A model generated the notes under the pieces. It made no database searches, had not been told where the DNA came from, and saw only the letters and a list, made by a program, of their open reading frames with translations. From assembly GCA_963745475.1 (NCBI GenBank), contig CAVUXN010000004.1, forward strand, positions 64,001 through 128,000: 64,000 nucleotides of DNA. Direction: 5' to 3'. The position numbers and the translations under genes are program-made. This DNA is from an uncultured delta proteobacterium. Its GTDB lineage: Bacteria; Myxococcota; Myxococcia; Myxococcales; Myxococcaceae. Below, one piece after another: positions 39,187 through 50,532 of the stretch (position 1 is its first letter; every line of letters begins with the position of its first letter).

Positions 39187-41370
39187 CTACGGAGCAGTAG
39201 GTGCCGGTACACCCAGCTGCGTGAAGAGGAAGGCCAGCAGGTCCACGGACTGGGCCACCGCTTGTTTCACCTGGTCAGAACCGCCGTGTCCGGCATTCTT
39301 CTCAATCCGAAGCAGGACCGGCAGGTGCGAGGCGGTGGCCGCCTGCACCCAGGCAGCGAACTTCCGGGCGTGCATCGGGTCGACCCGGTCGTCGTGGTCC
39401 GAGGACAACAGGAGCAAGGCGGGGTAGGCCTGGGCCGCCGCAACATGGTGGTAGGGCGAGTAGGCGTACAGCCAGCGGAAGTCTTGCTCGACCGAAGGGT
39501 CGCCATACTCCTCGGCCCAGGTGCGACCGCTCCCAAATTGGGTGTAGCGCACCATGTCCAAGAGGGGCACCGCGCACACCACCGCGCGGAACAGCTCGGG
39601 CCGCTGCACCATGGCCGCCCCCACCAAGAGTCCCCCATTGCTTCCGCCGAAAATGGCGATGCGCGCTGGGTCCGCCCACTTCTCCTGGCCCAGGGCCACC
39701 GCCCCAGCGATGAAGTCATCGAAGACGTTTTGCTTGTTTTGCAACATCCCGGCTTCATGCCACGCCTTGCCGTACTCCCCGCCGCCGCGGAGGTTGGTGA
39801 GGGCGTACACGCCGCCAGCGTCCAGCCAAGGAATGAGGGCTTTCAAAAAGCTGGGGGTCAAGCTGACGTCAAACCCGCCGTAACCGTAGAGGAGCGCCGG
39901 AGCGGTCCCATCCCGCGCCACGTCCTTCCGCTTGAGGATAAACATGGTGACGTCGGTACCGTCCTTGGACTTGTAGTGCACTTGTTCCGAGGTGTAGCGG
40001 CTCGCGTCCACCGGGACATTCACGCGCGCCCAGAGTGTCGTCGCCCCGGTGCGCACGTCCGTCCGGTACACCTCAAAGGCACGGGTGAAGGAGGTGAAGG
40101 AGTAGTAGGCCACCGGGTTGTCCTCGAGGCCGGAGAGGTTGGAAGCGGTTCCGAGCTCCGGCAGCGCCACTTCGCGGATGGGCTTTCCGAGCAACGTCAC
40201 CAGCCTCACCTCCGAGGTGGCTGCCTTGAGGTACTCGAGCGAGAGCATGCCCCCGACGACGGTGCTGCTCAGGAGCGTCGCTTGGGCGTCCTCGGGAACA
40301 ATCTCCTTCCAGGCGCTCCGCTGTGGCCGGTCGACGGAGACGCGAAACATCCGCTTGCGGGGGGCACCCTCGTCGGTGAGGACGTAGAGGTAGCCCTTCC
40401 AGACGTCCACCGCGTACGTGGCTTTCTGCCCCACCACCAGCGGCCGGAAGTCGCGGTCCCTGCCAAGCCGCTTGAAGTAGACGTCGTTGCGCGTCCAGCC
40501 GTGGATGACGGACACCAGCAGCACCCCGCCGTCGCGGGACAGGGACTGACTGAGGAAAGACGTGGCGTCGTGGGTCGCCCCGTGAATGAGCGTGTCCTGC
40601 GCCTGCGGACGGCCGAGGGTGTGGAAACGAATCTCGGTCAGGCCGGGCCGGTCGGCGACCGAGGTGCCCGGCGGGTTGGGAAGGTACTCGTAGTAGAAGC
40701 CGCGGCCGTCCGGCGTCCAGCTGGGTCCGGCGTATTTGGCACCTTCGAGGACATCCACCTCGGACCATTTCCCGCTCTCGACGTCCAGGACGTGCAACAC
40801 CGCTTCGTCGGCGTTGTTGGGCCTCTGGCTGAAGGCGAGGCGCTTGCCGTCCCAAGACGGGACCCAGACTCCGAGAGACGTCTTCCCGCCGTCCCAGCCG
40901 TTGGGGTCGAGGAGGACTCTCTCCGGCCCGCCGCTCCCGTCCCGAAGGAAGAGCGCGGCCTTTTCTTGGTGCGTGTCCCGCTTCAAGTAAAAGAGCCGGG
41001 CACCGCGCTCCACGGGCACGCCGATGGAATCCACGTAGAAGAGCGCTTCCAGCCGCTTGAGGAGCGCTGCGCGGCCGGGGAGCACGTCGAGATAGGCACG
41101 CGCCTCCTTGTCCTGGGCCGCCATCCACGCCTGCACCTCGGCGCTCTTCTCGTCCTCGAGCCAGCGGTACGGGTCGAGCACGCGTTGGCCGAAGAGGGTG
41201 TCGACGACGGGCGAGGCTCGGGTGGCAGGCGGGTTGGCCACCGGCGCCGACGGGGGAGCCGGTGTCGGGACAGACGGCGGAGCGTCAGCTTGTTTGCTCG
41301 AAGTCACGGGCTGGGAGGGCGTGGAACAGGCGAGGAGTCCGAAGGAAGCGAAGAGCCACAGGCGCAACAT
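39187..41370 (-). CDS. Prolyl oligopeptidase (S9A), probable lipoprotein
   Basis: DPYRWLE, YGYGGF, GGSNGG, HDDRV, AGHGG; lipobox LLAC. Confidence 0.92.
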   Translation of the reverse strand: MLRLWLFASFGLLACSTPSQPVTSSKQADAPPSVPTPAPPSAPVANPPATRASPVVDTLFGQRVLDPYRWLEDEKSAEVQAWMAAQDKEARAYLDVLPGRAALLKRLEALFYVDSIGVPVERGARLFYLKRDTHQEKAALFLRDGSGGPERVLLDPNGWDGGKTSLGVWVPSWDGKRLAFSQRPNNADEAVLHVLDVESGKWSEVDVLEGAKYAGPSWTPDGRGFYYEYLPNPPGTSVADRPGLTEIRFHTLGRPQAQDTLIHGATHDATSFLSQSLSRDGGVLLVSVIHGWTRNDVYFKRLGRDRDFRPLVVGQKATYAVDVWKGYLYVLTDEGAPRKRMFRVSVDRPQRSAWKEIVPEDAQATLLSSTVVGGMLSLEYLKAATSEVRLVTLLGKPIREVALPELGTASNLSGLEDNPVAYYSFTSFTRAFEVYRTDVRTGATTLWARVNVPVDASRYTSEQVHYKSKDGTDVTMFILKRKDVARDGTAPALLYGYGGFDVSLTPSFLKALIPWLDAGGVYALTNLRGGGEYGKAWHEAGMLQNKQNVFDDFIAGAVALGQEKWADPARIAIFGGSNGGLLVGAAMVQRPELFRAVVCAVPLLDMVRYTQFGSGRTWAEEYGDPSVEQDFRWLYAYSPYHHVAAAQAYPALLLLSSDHDDRVDPMHARKFAAWVQAATASHLPVLLRIEKNAGHGGSDQVKQAVAQSVDLLAFLFTQLGVPAPTAP

Positions 41371-41503
41371 GCGGATGTTTCTCCTAAGGCCGTGCCGGGA
41401 AATACAAGGCGGCGCACTCCAGCAGACCTCTTGAGTCCGAGCCAGCGTTGTTGCTCGGGTGGCAATGGCCCCCTCGGGCCGTGCGTAGTAGGAGGGGAGG
41501 CCC

Positions 41504-41791
41504 ATGGAAATTCAGCCCGTTGACTTGACTGCTCTCATCCCGGCCACTCTGGGCGTTCTCATCGTCCTGGTCCCGGTCATTGGCTTCACCGTGCGCTTCG
41601 CCATCAAACCCATTGTCGACGCGTTGTCGAGAGGCCGAGAAACGGCGGCGCCCGGTCGAGAGGTCGAGCTTCTCGCCGCCCGCGTTCGTGAGCTTGAGGA
41701 AGAAGTCATCCGTCTGAAGAATGCCGACCCCTACCGCGTCGGCTTGCCTGCAGGGACGGACCCGCTGCGCTCCGGCCAGGGCCGCGGCTAA
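41504..41791 (+). CDS. Small single-TM protein with coiled coil
   Basis: GGAGG RBS, hydrophobic N-terminus, heptad RVRELEEEV. Confidence 0.65.
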   Translation: MEIQPVDLTALIPATLGVLIVLVPVIGFTVRFAIKPIVDALSRGRETAAPGREVELLAARVRELEEEVIRLKNADPYRVGLPAGTDPLRSGQGRG

Positions 41792-41838
41792 GCGCCGCCT
41801 GTTGCGAGCCAGGGCTTCGGTGCGCCACGAGGCCACGT

Positions 41839-42333
41839 TTAGGGCAAGTCGCTGACGTCCTCGTCGCTTGCCAAGCACCGCACCGCGACGTCCACCGGGA
41901 CTTTCGCCTGCACGCTCGCCGTCACCAGGCGCACCAGCACCGAGCTGAGCTGCGCCTGGGCACGTTCCACGGCCTCCGGGCCGCGAGGGGTGACGAGGCT
42001 CAGCGAGAGGGCACAGGCGCACACGCCGTGAGCGGCGCGGACCAAGAGTTCCGGCGCCGCGTGGGCGCGCGCGATTTTTTCGAGCGCGAACATGCATTGG
42101 CGGACAGCCTCACCGTCCGAGAGGGCGGGCAGCTCGCGCACCGCGCGGGCGGCGGCGGCCACCCCCGCGGCCTCAAAGGCCAGCGGGAGCAGCCGGCGGA
42201 CGGCGCGGTCCGAGAACCGTAACGCGTCGGCGTCGGGCGCGGCGGAGAGGCTCGACAGGGCGTGCGAGGGCAGCCACTCGCCGAGCTCCTCGAGGAGCCG
42301 ACTTCGAAAGGAGAGCTCCGAGCTGCCGGTCAG
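41839..42333 (-). CDS. Hypothetical helical protein (start uncertain)
   Basis: ORF 41839..42162 stays open upstream to a CTG overlapping the clpX stop. Confidence 0.5.
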   Translation of the reverse strand: MTGSSELSFRSRLLEELGEWLPSHALSSLSAAPDADALRFSDRAVRRLLPLAFEAAGVAAAARAVRELPALSDGEAVRQCMFALEKIARAHAAPELLVRAAHGVCACALSLSLVTPRGPEAVERAQAQLSSVLVRLVTASVQAKVPVDVAVRCLASDEDVSDLP

Positions 42334-43604
42334 GCCGATTCCTTCTGTAGCTCCTCGTCCTTGTCCGAGGCGTGGAGAATGACTGGCTCGCTCTTCTTGT
42401 AGATGACTTCCTCGGAGATGACGACTTCGCTGGCCGTCTTCATCGAGGGGATGTCGTACATGACGTCCAGCATGGCCGTCTCGAGAATGGAACGCAGTCC
42501 GCGGGCGCCCGCCTTACGCCGGATGGCCTCATGGGCGATGGCCTTGAGGGCCCCTTCGGTGAATTTGAGCGCCACGCCGTCCAAGTCGAAGAGCTTCTTG
42601 TACTGTTTCACCAGCGCATTCTTCGGCTGACTGAGGATGCTCACCAGCGCCGGCTCGTCCAGCTCCTCGAGGGCGGTGACGATGGGAAGCCGGCCGATGA
42701 ATTCCGGAATCATCCCGTACTTGAGGAGGTCCTCCGGCTCGACGTGCTGCAAGAGCTCGCTGAGGTTGCGCTCCTTGCGCGTCTGGATGTCGGCGCCGAA
42801 CCCCAGGTTCCGCCCCCCCAGCCGCCGCTCAATAATCTGCTCCAGGCCCCCGAACGCACCTCCGCAGATGAAGAGGATGTTGGTGGTGTCGACTTGGAGG
42901 AATTCCTGTTGGGGGTGCTTCCGGCCCCCTTTGGGGGGCACGTTGGCGATGGTGCCCTCGATGATTTTGAGAAGCGCCTGCTGCACGCCCTCCCCGGAGA
43001 CGTCCCGAGTGATGGAGGGGTTCTCGCTCTTGCGGGCGATTTTATCGATTTCGTCGATGTAGACGATGCCCCGCTGAGCACGGTCGATGTCGTGGTCTGC
43101 TGCCTGGAGCAGGTTGACGATGATGTTCTCGACGTCCTCGCCCACGTAGCCCGCCTCGGTGAGGCAGGTGGCATCGGCGATGGTGAAGGGGACGTTGAGA
43201 ATGCGGGCCAGGGTTTGCGCGAGCAGCGTCTTGCCGCTGCCGGTGGGGCCGAGGAGCAGGATGTTGCTCTTCTGCAGCTCCACATCGTCCATCTGGACTT
43301 TGGACTCGATGCGCTTGTAGTGGTTGTGGACGGCGACGGCGAGGACCTTCTTCGCCCGCTCCTGGCCAACGACGTACTCGTCGAGGATGGTCTTGATTTC
43401 AGACGGGCGGGGAATGCGGAGCTTGGTGTCCTTGGTCTCCTCGCGGTCAATCTCCTCGGCGATGATGTCGTTGCACAGGCCGATGCACTCGTCGCAAATG
43501 TAGACCGTGGGGCCGGCGATGAGCTTCTTCACTTCCTTCTGCGACTTTCCGCAGAAGGAGCAAGACAGCGTCTGGTTGGCCTTCTCCACGTTCTTCCCTG
43601 CCAT
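42330..43604 (-). CDS. clpX: ATP-dependent Clp protease ATP-binding subunit
   Basis: CSFCGK..CDEC zinc finger, [18 protein letters not shown]. Confidence 0.97.
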   Translation of the reverse strand: MAGKNVEKANQTLSCSFCGKSQKEVKKLIAGPTVYICDECIGLCNDIIAEEIDREETKDTKLRIPRPSEIKTILDEYVVGQERAKKVLAVAVHNHYKRIESKVQMDDVELQKSNILLLGPTGSGKTLLAQTLARILNVPFTIADATCLTEAGYVGEDVENIIVNLLQAADHDIDRAQRGIVYIDEIDKIARKSENPSITRDVSGEGVQQALLKIIEGTIANVPPKGGRKHPQQEFLQVDTTNILFICGGAFGGLEQIIERRLGGRNLGFGADIQTRKERNLSELLQHVEPEDLLKYGMIPEFIGRLPIVTALEELDEPALVSILSQPKNALVKQYKKLFDLDGVALKFTEGALKAIAHEAIRRKAGARGLRSILETAMLDVMYDIPSMKTASEVVISEEVIYKKSEPVILHASDKDEELQKESA

Positions 43605-43728
43605 GATGCCCTCGGGCGGTGCCTTGCCGGTCAGATGGTACGGGGGGATGGCAGCCAGGTCCACGCCCTGTCCATCCCCAATGCGAGTATTGGTCGGATA
43701 ACCGCTCCCACTTCACGCCGCAGCGCGC

Positions 43729-44346
43729 CTAGCGGTCACGCTCCTTGGGGAGCGTCTTGCGGTTGATGGACACCACCTCGTCGATGATGCCGTAAGTCTT
43801 CGCCTCTTGGGCACCCATGAAATAGTCGCGGTCGGTGTCCTTCTCCACCCGCTCCAGGCTCTGTCCGGTATGCTTGGCGATGAGCTCGTTCAGCATCGCC
43901 CGCATGCGGAGAATCTCCCGGGCGTGAATCTCGACGTCCGAGGCTTGCCCGCGGGCTCCGCCCATGGGCTGGTGCACCATAATTCGGGCGTTGGGAAGCG
44001 CCTGGCGCTTACTCTTGGCGCCGGCGAGTAGAAGCACCGCGCCCATCGAGGCCGCCTGGCCGACGCAGATGGTGGCCACCGGCGGCCGCACGTACTGCAT
44101 GGTGTCGTAAATGGCCAGACCGGCGGTCACCGAGCCGCCCGGCGAGTTGACGTAGAGGTTTATCTCCTTGTCCGGGTCCTCCGACTCGAGGAAGAGCATC
44201 TGCGCGACAATGGCATTGGCCACGTCGTCGTCTATCTCCGTCCCCAACAGAATGATGCGGTCCTTCAACAGTCGGCTGTAAATGTCGTAGGTCCGCTCGC
44301 CGCGGTGCGTTTGCTCGATGACGTAGGGGACGGGCATGTAGGGCAT
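43729..44346 (-). CDS. clpP: ATP-dependent Clp protease proteolytic subunit
   Basis: [25 protein letters not shown]. Confidence 0.97.
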   Translation of the reverse strand: MPYMPVPYVIEQTHRGERTYDIYSRLLKDRIILLGTEIDDDVANAIVAQMLFLESEDPDKEINLYVNSPGGSVTAGLAIYDTMQYVRPPVATICVGQAASMGAVLLLAGAKSKRQALPNARIMVHQPMGGARGQASDVEIHAREILRMRAMLNELIAKHTGQSLERVEKDTDRDYFMGAQEAKTYGIIDEVVSINRKTLPKERDR

Positions 44347-44357
44347 GGGGGGGTACC

Positions 44358-45635
44358 TCAGGGGTTGGATTCATCCTTCGCCCGAGACCTCAGGAATTCA
44401 ACCGTCTTTTCCTCCCGGATTCGCAACTCGAGGCTTCGCCGCTGGTTGGCATCCTTAAAGGCCTTGCGGACCTGGCTAAGTGCCTGTTCGCTCTCCTTGG
44501 CCAGCGCTTCAATGCGCGCGTCCACCTCCGAGGGCTCGACCTCGACGCCCTCCTTTTCGGCGATGGCCTCCAAAAGGAGCGCCGCCCGGACCTCGTTCTC
44601 GGCCTTCGGCCGCATTTCAGCCCGCAGGGCGTCGAAGTCGAGATTGAGCTGCCTCGGGTCGACGCCGCCGCGGGCCAAGGACCTGAGCGCTCCCTCCAGC
44701 ATCGCCTCCAGGCCCCGCTCCACCATGGCTTTGGGCAGGGGAAACGGGTTTCGCTCGATGAGACCCTTCACCAGTTGGTCGCGCTCGGTGCGCGCAGCCT
44801 CGGCCTTGGCCGAGGCCACAAGGTCGGTCCGCACGCGGTCCCGGAGCGCGTCCAGCGTTGCCCCCCCGCCTACCTCGCGGGCGAGCTCGTCGTCCAAGGG
44901 AGGGATGATGCGTGTCTTCAGCCCCCGCAGCGTGAAGCGAAAGGCCGCCGTCCGCCCTGCTTGGGGGTGGCCTGGAGGAAACGCGGAGGACGCCTCCCGA
45001 GTGTCGCCCACGGCCAGGCCGGCCAGCGCTTCCACGTTGCCTGACGTCACCTCGCCCTTGGCCACCTCCACGGTGACGCCCTCGCCTGAGCCGCCCTCGA
45101 AGGGCTTCCCGTCTACCGTCCCCTGGTAATCCACGACTGCAAAGTCTCCGAGCTCGGCCACCGTCCGGTTCTCCACCGGCTCGAGACGCCCCAGCCGCTG
45201 GCGCAGCTGCTCGATGCGGGCCTCCACCTGCGCCTCCTCAACCTTGGGGGTGAGGCGCTTCAGCGGCAGGCCCTGGTAGTCCTTGGGCGCGACCTCCGGA
45301 CGGACTTCGACGGTGGCCTCGAACGCAAAGGGCGCGTCCAGCACCAGGCGGGCTCCCGTCACCTGGGGCTCGCCCACCGCCTCCACTCCATGCTCGGCAA
45401 TGGCGCTGAGGTAGCTCTTCTCCACCAGGCGCCGCGCGACGTCGTCCTCCACCTCGCCGCGAAAGCGTTGCTCGAGAATGCGACGCGGCACTTTGCCCGG
45501 ACGGAAGCCCGGGAGTCGGACGCGCTCGCCCAAGGCGTGGTAGGCGCGGCCCAACTCGGCGGCCACTTGTGCCGGTTCGACCTCAATGGAGAGCTTTCGC
45601 TCGATGGGGGACAGCGTTTCGACGTGGACCTTCAT
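44358..45635 (-). CDS. tig: Trigger factor
   Basis: PGFRPGKVP ribosome-binding motif, FKBP domain; upstream of clpP. Confidence 0.95.
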   Translation of the reverse strand: MKVHVETLSPIERKLSIEVEPAQVAAELGRAYHALGERVRLPGFRPGKVPRRILEQRFRGEVEDDVARRLVEKSYLSAIAEHGVEAVGEPQVTGARLVLDAPFAFEATVEVRPEVAPKDYQGLPLKRLTPKVEEAQVEARIEQLRQRLGRLEPVENRTVAELGDFAVVDYQGTVDGKPFEGGSGEGVTVEVAKGEVTSGNVEALAGLAVGDTREASSAFPPGHPQAGRTAAFRFTLRGLKTRIIPPLDDELAREVGGGATLDALRDRVRTDLVASAKAEAARTERDQLVKGLIERNPFPLPKAMVERGLEAMLEGALRSLARGGVDPRQLNLDFDALRAEMRPKAENEVRAALLLEAIAEKEGVEVEPSEVDARIEALAKESEQALSQVRKAFKDANQRRSLELRIREEKTVEFLRSRAKDESNP

Positions 45636-45741
45636 GGGGGAGCCGACGGCCTTAAGGGTGGCAGGTCACGCTGTCAACGTGAAATGGGCCGCTCGGGAAA
45701 AGCCCTCAAGCGGTACCCAGCCCCACCCGGGAAGGTGCACA

Positions 45742-45824
45742 TGGGCCCGGAGGGACTCGAACCCTCATGCCTTGGGGGCATCGGCTCCTAAGGCCGACGT
45801 GTCTACCAGTTCCACCACAGGCCC
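45742..45824 (-). tRNA. tRNA-Leu (anticodon TAG)
   Basis: GGGCCTG/CGGGCCC acceptor stem, TGGTAGAC D-loop, TCGGC-CTTAGGA-GCCGA anticodon arm, long variable arm, GGTTCGAGTCC; CCA not encoded. Confidence 0.95.
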
Positions 45825-45913
45825 AAGCGCCCTTCTACCTCGCCTCTGACGGGCGTCCACACAGGCGAACACGCCGGTGCCTAAGCAGGGCACGGCCACT
45901 TCCTGGGGTGCGG

Positions 45914-46447
45914 TTAAAGCTTACCCGACAGCTGAGGCGTGTCTGGCCATTTCGCGGCCAGCGCCCGCAGGGACTCACCTTCGAGACGGCAGGTGAGCCA
46001 CTCCCGGACAACTTCCGCGCCCAGCGACTCGTAGAAGTGGATGCTCGGGGTATTCCAGTCCAGCACCTGCCAGACGAAGCGGCCACACCCGAGCCGCAGT
46101 GCCTCCGCGGCCAGGGCCTGCATCAGGCCCCGTCCCACGCCGTTCCCGCGTGCCGAGGGCCGGACAAAGAGATCCTCGAGGTACAGCGTCGGCTGGCCGC
46201 GCCAGGTCGAGTAAGCGAGGAAAAAGAAGGCGAAGCCCACTGGGACACCGTCCACCTCTGCCAGGAGCGTCCGGAAGAGTGGCGCCTCACCAAAGCCGTC
46301 GCGGAGCAAATCCGCCTCGGTGGCGACCACTGCGTCCGGTGCGCGCTCATAGGTGGCCAGCTCGCGAACGAGGCTCAGGACCAGCGGGACGTCTCGGGCC
46401 GTGCCGGGGCGCAATGTCAAACGAGGCGGTCTGGGGGCGGAAGCCAT
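45914..46447 (-). CDS. GNAT family N-acetyltransferase (SSAT-like)
   Basis: ELATYE, YSTW.G..LYLEDLFV, RGNGVG, WQVLDWN. Confidence 0.9.
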   Translation of the reverse strand: MASAPRPPRLTLRPGTARDVPLVLSLVRELATYERAPDAVVATEADLLRDGFGEAPLFRTLLAEVDGVPVGFAFFFLAYSTWRGQPTLYLEDLFVRPSARGNGVGRGLMQALAAEALRLGCGRFVWQVLDWNTPSIHFYESLGAEVVREWLTCRLEGESLRALAAKWPDTPQLSGKL

Positions 46448-46476
46448 GAAGCAACACCTTCCTCAACTTTCACTTT

Positions 46477-47217
46477 CTACCGTTTGCCGGTCCTGGCACG
46501 CAGCTGCTCGCGGAGGCTTTCCACCTGCGCGCGGGCCGAGGCCTTCAGCGTCTCGAGGTCGGCCAGCGTCAACCCCCTCGTGGAGAGCGCCGTTCCAACC
46601 ATCACCCTGGCGTCGGCCCGCTGAAAGCGCCAGCTGTGCTTGGGAAGCGCCTGGTGCGTCCCGACGACGGCGACGGGAAGGATGTCGGCCCCGGTCTCAA
46701 TGGCCAACCGGAAGGCGCCGTCCTTGAAGGGCAAGAGCGCACCATCCGCACTGCGGGTGCCCTCTGGGAACATCATCACCGGGACGCCGCGAGCCAGCCA
46801 GCGCGCACAGGCGCCCATGGCTTCCTTTCCTGACGCGCTGTCGCCGCGACGGACGGGAACATCTCCGGCGAGCGCCATCATCCACCCCACCACCGGAATG
46901 CGAAACAGCGACGCTTTACCGAGCCACTTCATCTCCCAAGGCAAATGGGAAATGAGGAAAGGGTCGGCGTGGGACTCGTGGTTGCTTACCACCACCGTCC
47001 GGCCTACCCCCTTGGGCAGGGGCCCCACCACGCCGAAGTGCCAGAACGGCGTGAGCCGGGCGGCCAGGACGCCCACCAGCCGGAATGCCCGGCCCGCCAC
47101 CAGGCGGCGTCTGTCGAAGGGCCAGGTGAGGAGGAAAAGCCCCGTCTGGACGACGAAGCCCAACAGGGCCACCAGGCCAATTTCAAACCACGTCCACAGG
47201 GAGAGCAGGGCATTCAC
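46477..47217 (-). CDS. plsC: 1-acyl-sn-glycerol-3-phosphate acyltransferase family
   Basis: NHESHAD (HX4D), FPEGTRS, FKDGAF. Confidence 0.88.
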   Translation of the reverse strand: MNALLSLWTWFEIGLVALLGFVVQTGLFLLTWPFDRRRLVAGRAFRLVGVLAARLTPFWHFGVVGPLPKGVGRTVVVSNHESHADPFLISHLPWEMKWLGKASLFRIPVVGWMMALAGDVPVRRGDSASGKEAMGACARWLARGVPVMMFPEGTRSADGALLPFKDGAFRLAIETGADILPVAVVGTHQALPKHSWRFQRADARVMVGTALSTRGLTLADLETLKASARAQVESLREQLRARTGKR

Positions 47218-47358
47218 GCGTTCGGGCGGCCCGCTTACCTCAACGTGCCCGCCCAGCGCTCGTTGCGCATTGCGGCAAAGCCAGGCTTCCCGAGCGACCC
47301 ACTCCCCGCACTCTGCGCGTTCGGCCTAAGAAGGCCGCGGAGTCCTGGAGCTCTTCAA

Positions 47359-47550
47359 ATGCCTACACCCTCGGACCATCGGACGCGCACCGTCGAGCCA
47401 GCCCTGTGGGTCTTTGGAGTGGCCGTCCTGGTGTTCGTCTCTCGGGCGCGTCTTCTCTGGGCAGACGGACACCACAGCTGGCTTTGGCCCTTCGGCCTGT
47501 GGGCAGCCCTCATCCTTCTCGGCGCGGTGGTGAATCGGCGGTCCGATTGA
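47359..47550 (+). CDS. cbrX: CbrX-like small membrane peptide (63 aa)
   Basis: Two TM segments with LFxS..LW....WxxPFxLW pattern; immediately upstream of the cbrA-like gene. Confidence 0.65.
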   Translation: MPTPSDHRTRTVEPALWVFGVAVLVFVSRARLLWADGHHSWLWPFGLWAALILLGAVVNRRSD

Positions 47551-47570
47551 CGTCCAGGGCCTAGACTCTC

Positions 47571-50528
47571 GTGCTTCAACTCGGACAGCTCTTCGCGGTC
47601 GCAGTCGGCTACCTGCTTCTCCTCTTCCTGGTGGCCTATGCCGCCGAACGGCGCTGGGTGCCGGCCAAGCTCGTCCGTCACCCCCTCACCTACGCCCTTT
47701 CTTTGGGAGTGTACGCCACCTCCTGGAGCTACTCCGGCAGCGTCGGCTACGCGCGCACCCAAGGCTTCAACTTCCTCGCCATCTACATCGGGGTGACGCT
47801 GTCCTGTCTCCTGGTGCCAGTGGTTTGGCAGCCCGTGTTGCGGCTGACGCGGGAGCACCAGCTGACGTCGCTGGCGGACCTCTTCGCCTTTCGCTTCCAG
47901 AGCCACAGCGCGGGCGTGCTGGTGACGCTCTTCATGCTGGCCGGCAACCTGCCGTACCTGGCGCTCCAAATTCGCGCCGTCACCCAGGGCGTGCGCGTCT
48001 TGGGGCATGCCCCGCCGGCGTCCATGGTGGGACTCGTCTTCTGCGCACTGGTGGCACTCTTTGCCCTGCTCTTCGGCGCGCGCCATGTCTCGCCCCGGGA
48101 GCGACATGCCGGGCTCGGCCTGGCCATCGCCTTCGAGTCAGTGGTGAAGCTCCTCGCCCTTTTGGCTGTGGCCGCGGTGGCCGTCACCGAGGTGTTTGGG
48201 GGAGCGGGCGGGCTCGAGCGCTGGCTTTCTGCGAATCCAGAAGCATTGGAGGCTGCCTTTCGCCCGGTGCGCGAAGGGCCGTGGGCCACCCTCCTCCTCC
48301 TCTCCTTCGCCGCGGGCTTCTTGCTTCCCCGCCAATTCCATATGGCCTTCACCGAGGCGCTCGGCAGCCGCGCCCTGCGGGTCGCGGCCTGGGGCTTTCC
48401 AGCGTTTCTCCTGCTCCTCAATGTCGCCGTGCTGCCACTGCTTTGGGCCGGCCAGGTGGCGTTGCCCGGTGTCCACCCGGACAACTACGTCCTCGGGCTT
48501 GCGCGAGGCTCGGGCGTGGGCGCGCTGGCCTTCGTCGGCGCGGTTTCCGCAGCCAGCGCCATGGTGATTGTGGACACGCTGGCCCTGGCTGCGATGTGCC
48601 TCAACCACCTCTTGCTGCCGCGACGCGACCTCACCGGCGCCGGGGACCTCTACCGGGGACTTCTCTGGGCGCGCCGCGTGCTCATTGTCGTCATCATCTT
48701 CTTCGGCTACGGCTTTTCGCGCCTTCTCGACGTCCGGGCGGGCCTGGTGGAGCTCGGCCTCATTTCTTTCGTGGCCGTCGTCCAAATGCTTCCAGGCGTC
48801 TTGGCCGTCCTCTTCTGGCGCGGGGCGACGCGGGTGGGCTTCCTCACCGGCCTGTCGGCCGGCATCGCCGTCTGGGCGGCGACGCTTTTTCTGCCGCTCC
48901 TGGCTCGGGCACACCTCTTGCCAGGAGGCTTTGATTTGGCCCACCTCTTCGACATTTTCCCTGGCGCTGAGCCTTGGAGCATCTCCACGTTTTGGTCCTT
49001 GGGCCTGAACACGGTGCTCTTCGCCGGGGTCTCCCTCGTGACCAAGGCCAGCGCACGCGAGGAGGAGGCGGCCGGTCTCTGCACCCGCGCCCCCAAATTG
49101 GTGGACCCCGTGGTGGTAGAGGCCCACAGCCCGCGCGATTTCCAGGCCAACCTGGCTCCGCTGCTCGGGCAGGACGCGGCCACCACCGAGGTGGACTTGG
49201 CCCTGGCGGACCTCAACATGGTGCAGGACGAACGGCGGCCGGCTCAGCTGCAGCGTCTCCGAGAGCGGCTGCAGCGAAACCTATCCGGTTTGGTAGGGCC
49301 GCTCCGGGCCCGCTGGCTCGTGGACCGCGGCATCCGCGTGGACCCGCGCCGTCAACCGGCGCTCTCCGAGCGGCTGCGCTTTCTCGAGGAGCAGCTGCGG
49401 GCGAGCCGGGCGCAGCTGCATGGCGCCCCAGCGGAGTTGGAGGCCTTCCGCCGCTACCTGCGGCGTGTGCTTGAGGACTTGCCCTTGGGGGTGTGTGCCC
49501 TGGGGCCGGACCGGGACGTCGTCATCTGGAACCACACCCTGGCCACGCTGTCCGGCGTCCCCTCCCAAGACGCGGTGGGGGCCCGTCTCGACCAACTTCC
49601 GGGCCCGTTTGCCGAAGCGCTGCGGGACTTCCTGGAGCAGGCCTCGCCCCACGCCGAGGTGTGCCTCACCTTGAGGGGCCACGAGCGGGTGCTCGCACTG
49701 GGGAAGAGTCAGGAGTCCACCGGGACAGTGCCCGCGGACTTGCGGGGTCCGGTGCTGCTGGTGGAGGACCTCACCGAGCGCAAGGCGCTTGCCGCGCAGG
49801 TGGCCCACCAGGACCGCCTGGCTTCGGTGGGCCGGCTGGCGGCCGGGGTGGCGCACGAAATTGGAAACCCGCTCACTGGAATCGCTTGCCTCGCGCAAAA
49901 CCTGGCTCGCGAGGCCACCTCGGCGGAACAGGCCGCTCGGTTTGCCCTCATTTTGAGGGAGACACAGCGCATCGACACCATCGTCCGGGTGCTGCTCGGC
50001 TTCAGCCACGCCGGCACCATCCACGCGGTGGCGGAGCCCGAGCGTTTCGAGGTGCGGGAGGCGGTCGGAGAAGCCATCACCCTCGTGCAGCTGTCCCGCC
50101 AGGCGAAGCAGGTGACCTGTCTCAATCGCGTGCCTACAGGCTTGTTGTTGGACGGGGACCGACAACGGCTGCTCCAAGTTTTCGTCAACCTCGTCTCCAA
50201 CGCCTGTGACGCCAGTCCGACGGGCGGCGAGGTGTCCGTGGAGGCTGAGGTCATCGGTGACGTCGTCCGCTTGCGCGTCATCGACCAGGGGACGGGCATC
50301 GACGACGCAGTGCGCGAACGGATGTTTGAACCTTTTTTCACGACAAAGCCGCCTGGACAGGGTACGGGACTCGGGCTCCCTCTTGCCCACAGCATCGTCC
50401 GGGAGCATTTGGGAAGCATCGACGTGGAGAGTTCCCCCGGCAGGGGAACGACGGTGGTGGTGGAATTGCCATCGACAGGCGAACCGGAGCAACCGGCCGA
50501 GGTACGCGTGGCACCACGAGGCAGGTGA
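47571..50528 (+). CDS. cbrA: SLC5-transporter/STAC/PAS sensor histidine kinase (CbrA-like)
   Basis: Y.LSLGVYATSW and PYLALQIRAV in a multi-TM N-terminus; PAS; AHEIGNPL, NLVSNA, DQGTGI, FFTTK, GTGLGL. Confidence 0.85.
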   Translation: MLQLGQLFAVAVGYLLLLFLVAYAAERRWVPAKLVRHPLTYALSLGVYATSWSYSGSVGYARTQGFNFLAIYIGVTLSCLLVPVVWQPVLRLTREHQLTSLADLFAFRFQSHSAGVLVTLFMLAGNLPYLALQIRAVTQGVRVLGHAPPASMVGLVFCALVALFALLFGARHVSPRERHAGLGLAIAFESVVKLLALLAVAAVAVTEVFGGAGGLERWLSANPEALEAAFRPVREGPWATLLLLSFAAGFLLPRQFHMAFTEALGSRALRVAAWGFPAFLLLLNVAVLPLLWAGQVALPGVHPDNYVLGLARGSGVGALAFVGAVSAASAMVIVDTLALAAMCLNHLLLPRRDLTGAGDLYRGLLWARRVLIVVIIFFGYGFSRLLDVRAGLVELGLISFVAVVQMLPGVLAVLFWRGATRVGFLTGLSAGIAVWAATLFLPLLARAHLLPGGFDLAHLFDIFPGAEPWSISTFWSLGLNTVLFAGVSLVTKASAREEEAAGLCTRAPKLVDPVVVEAHSPRDFQANLAPLLGQDAATTEVDLALADLNMVQDERRPAQLQRLRERLQRNLSGLVGPLRARWLVDRGIRVDPRRQPALSERLRFLEEQLRASRAQLHGAPAELEAFRRYLRRVLEDLPLGVCALGPDRDVVIWNHTLATLSGVPSQDAVGARLDQLPGPFAEALRDFLEQASPHAEVCLTLRGHERVLALGKSQESTGTVPADLRGPVLLVEDLTERKALAAQVAHQDRLASVGRLAAGVAHEIGNPLTGIACLAQNLAREATSAEQAARFALILRETQRIDTIVRVLLGFSHAGTIHAVAEPERFEVREAVGEAITLVQLSRQAKQVTCLNRVPTGLLLDGDRQRLLQVFVNLVSNACDASPTGGEVSVEAEVIGDVVRLRVIDQGTGIDDAVRERMFEPFFTTKPPGQGTGLGLPLAHSIVREHLGSIDVESSPGRGTTVVVELPSTGEPEQPAEVRVAPRGR

Positions 50529-50532
50529 CTTG

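Noticed and set aside
39127..41523. Long antisense ORFs (798 aa here; also 1324-3015, 5862-7670, 55666-57672)
   Set aside because: Shadow frames opposite well-supported genes, expected in high-GC DNA; no motifs.
45742..45824. Integrative element at tRNA-Leu
   Set aside because: No integrase and no duplicated tRNA 3' end was seen; the tRNA sits in its usual place upstream of tig.
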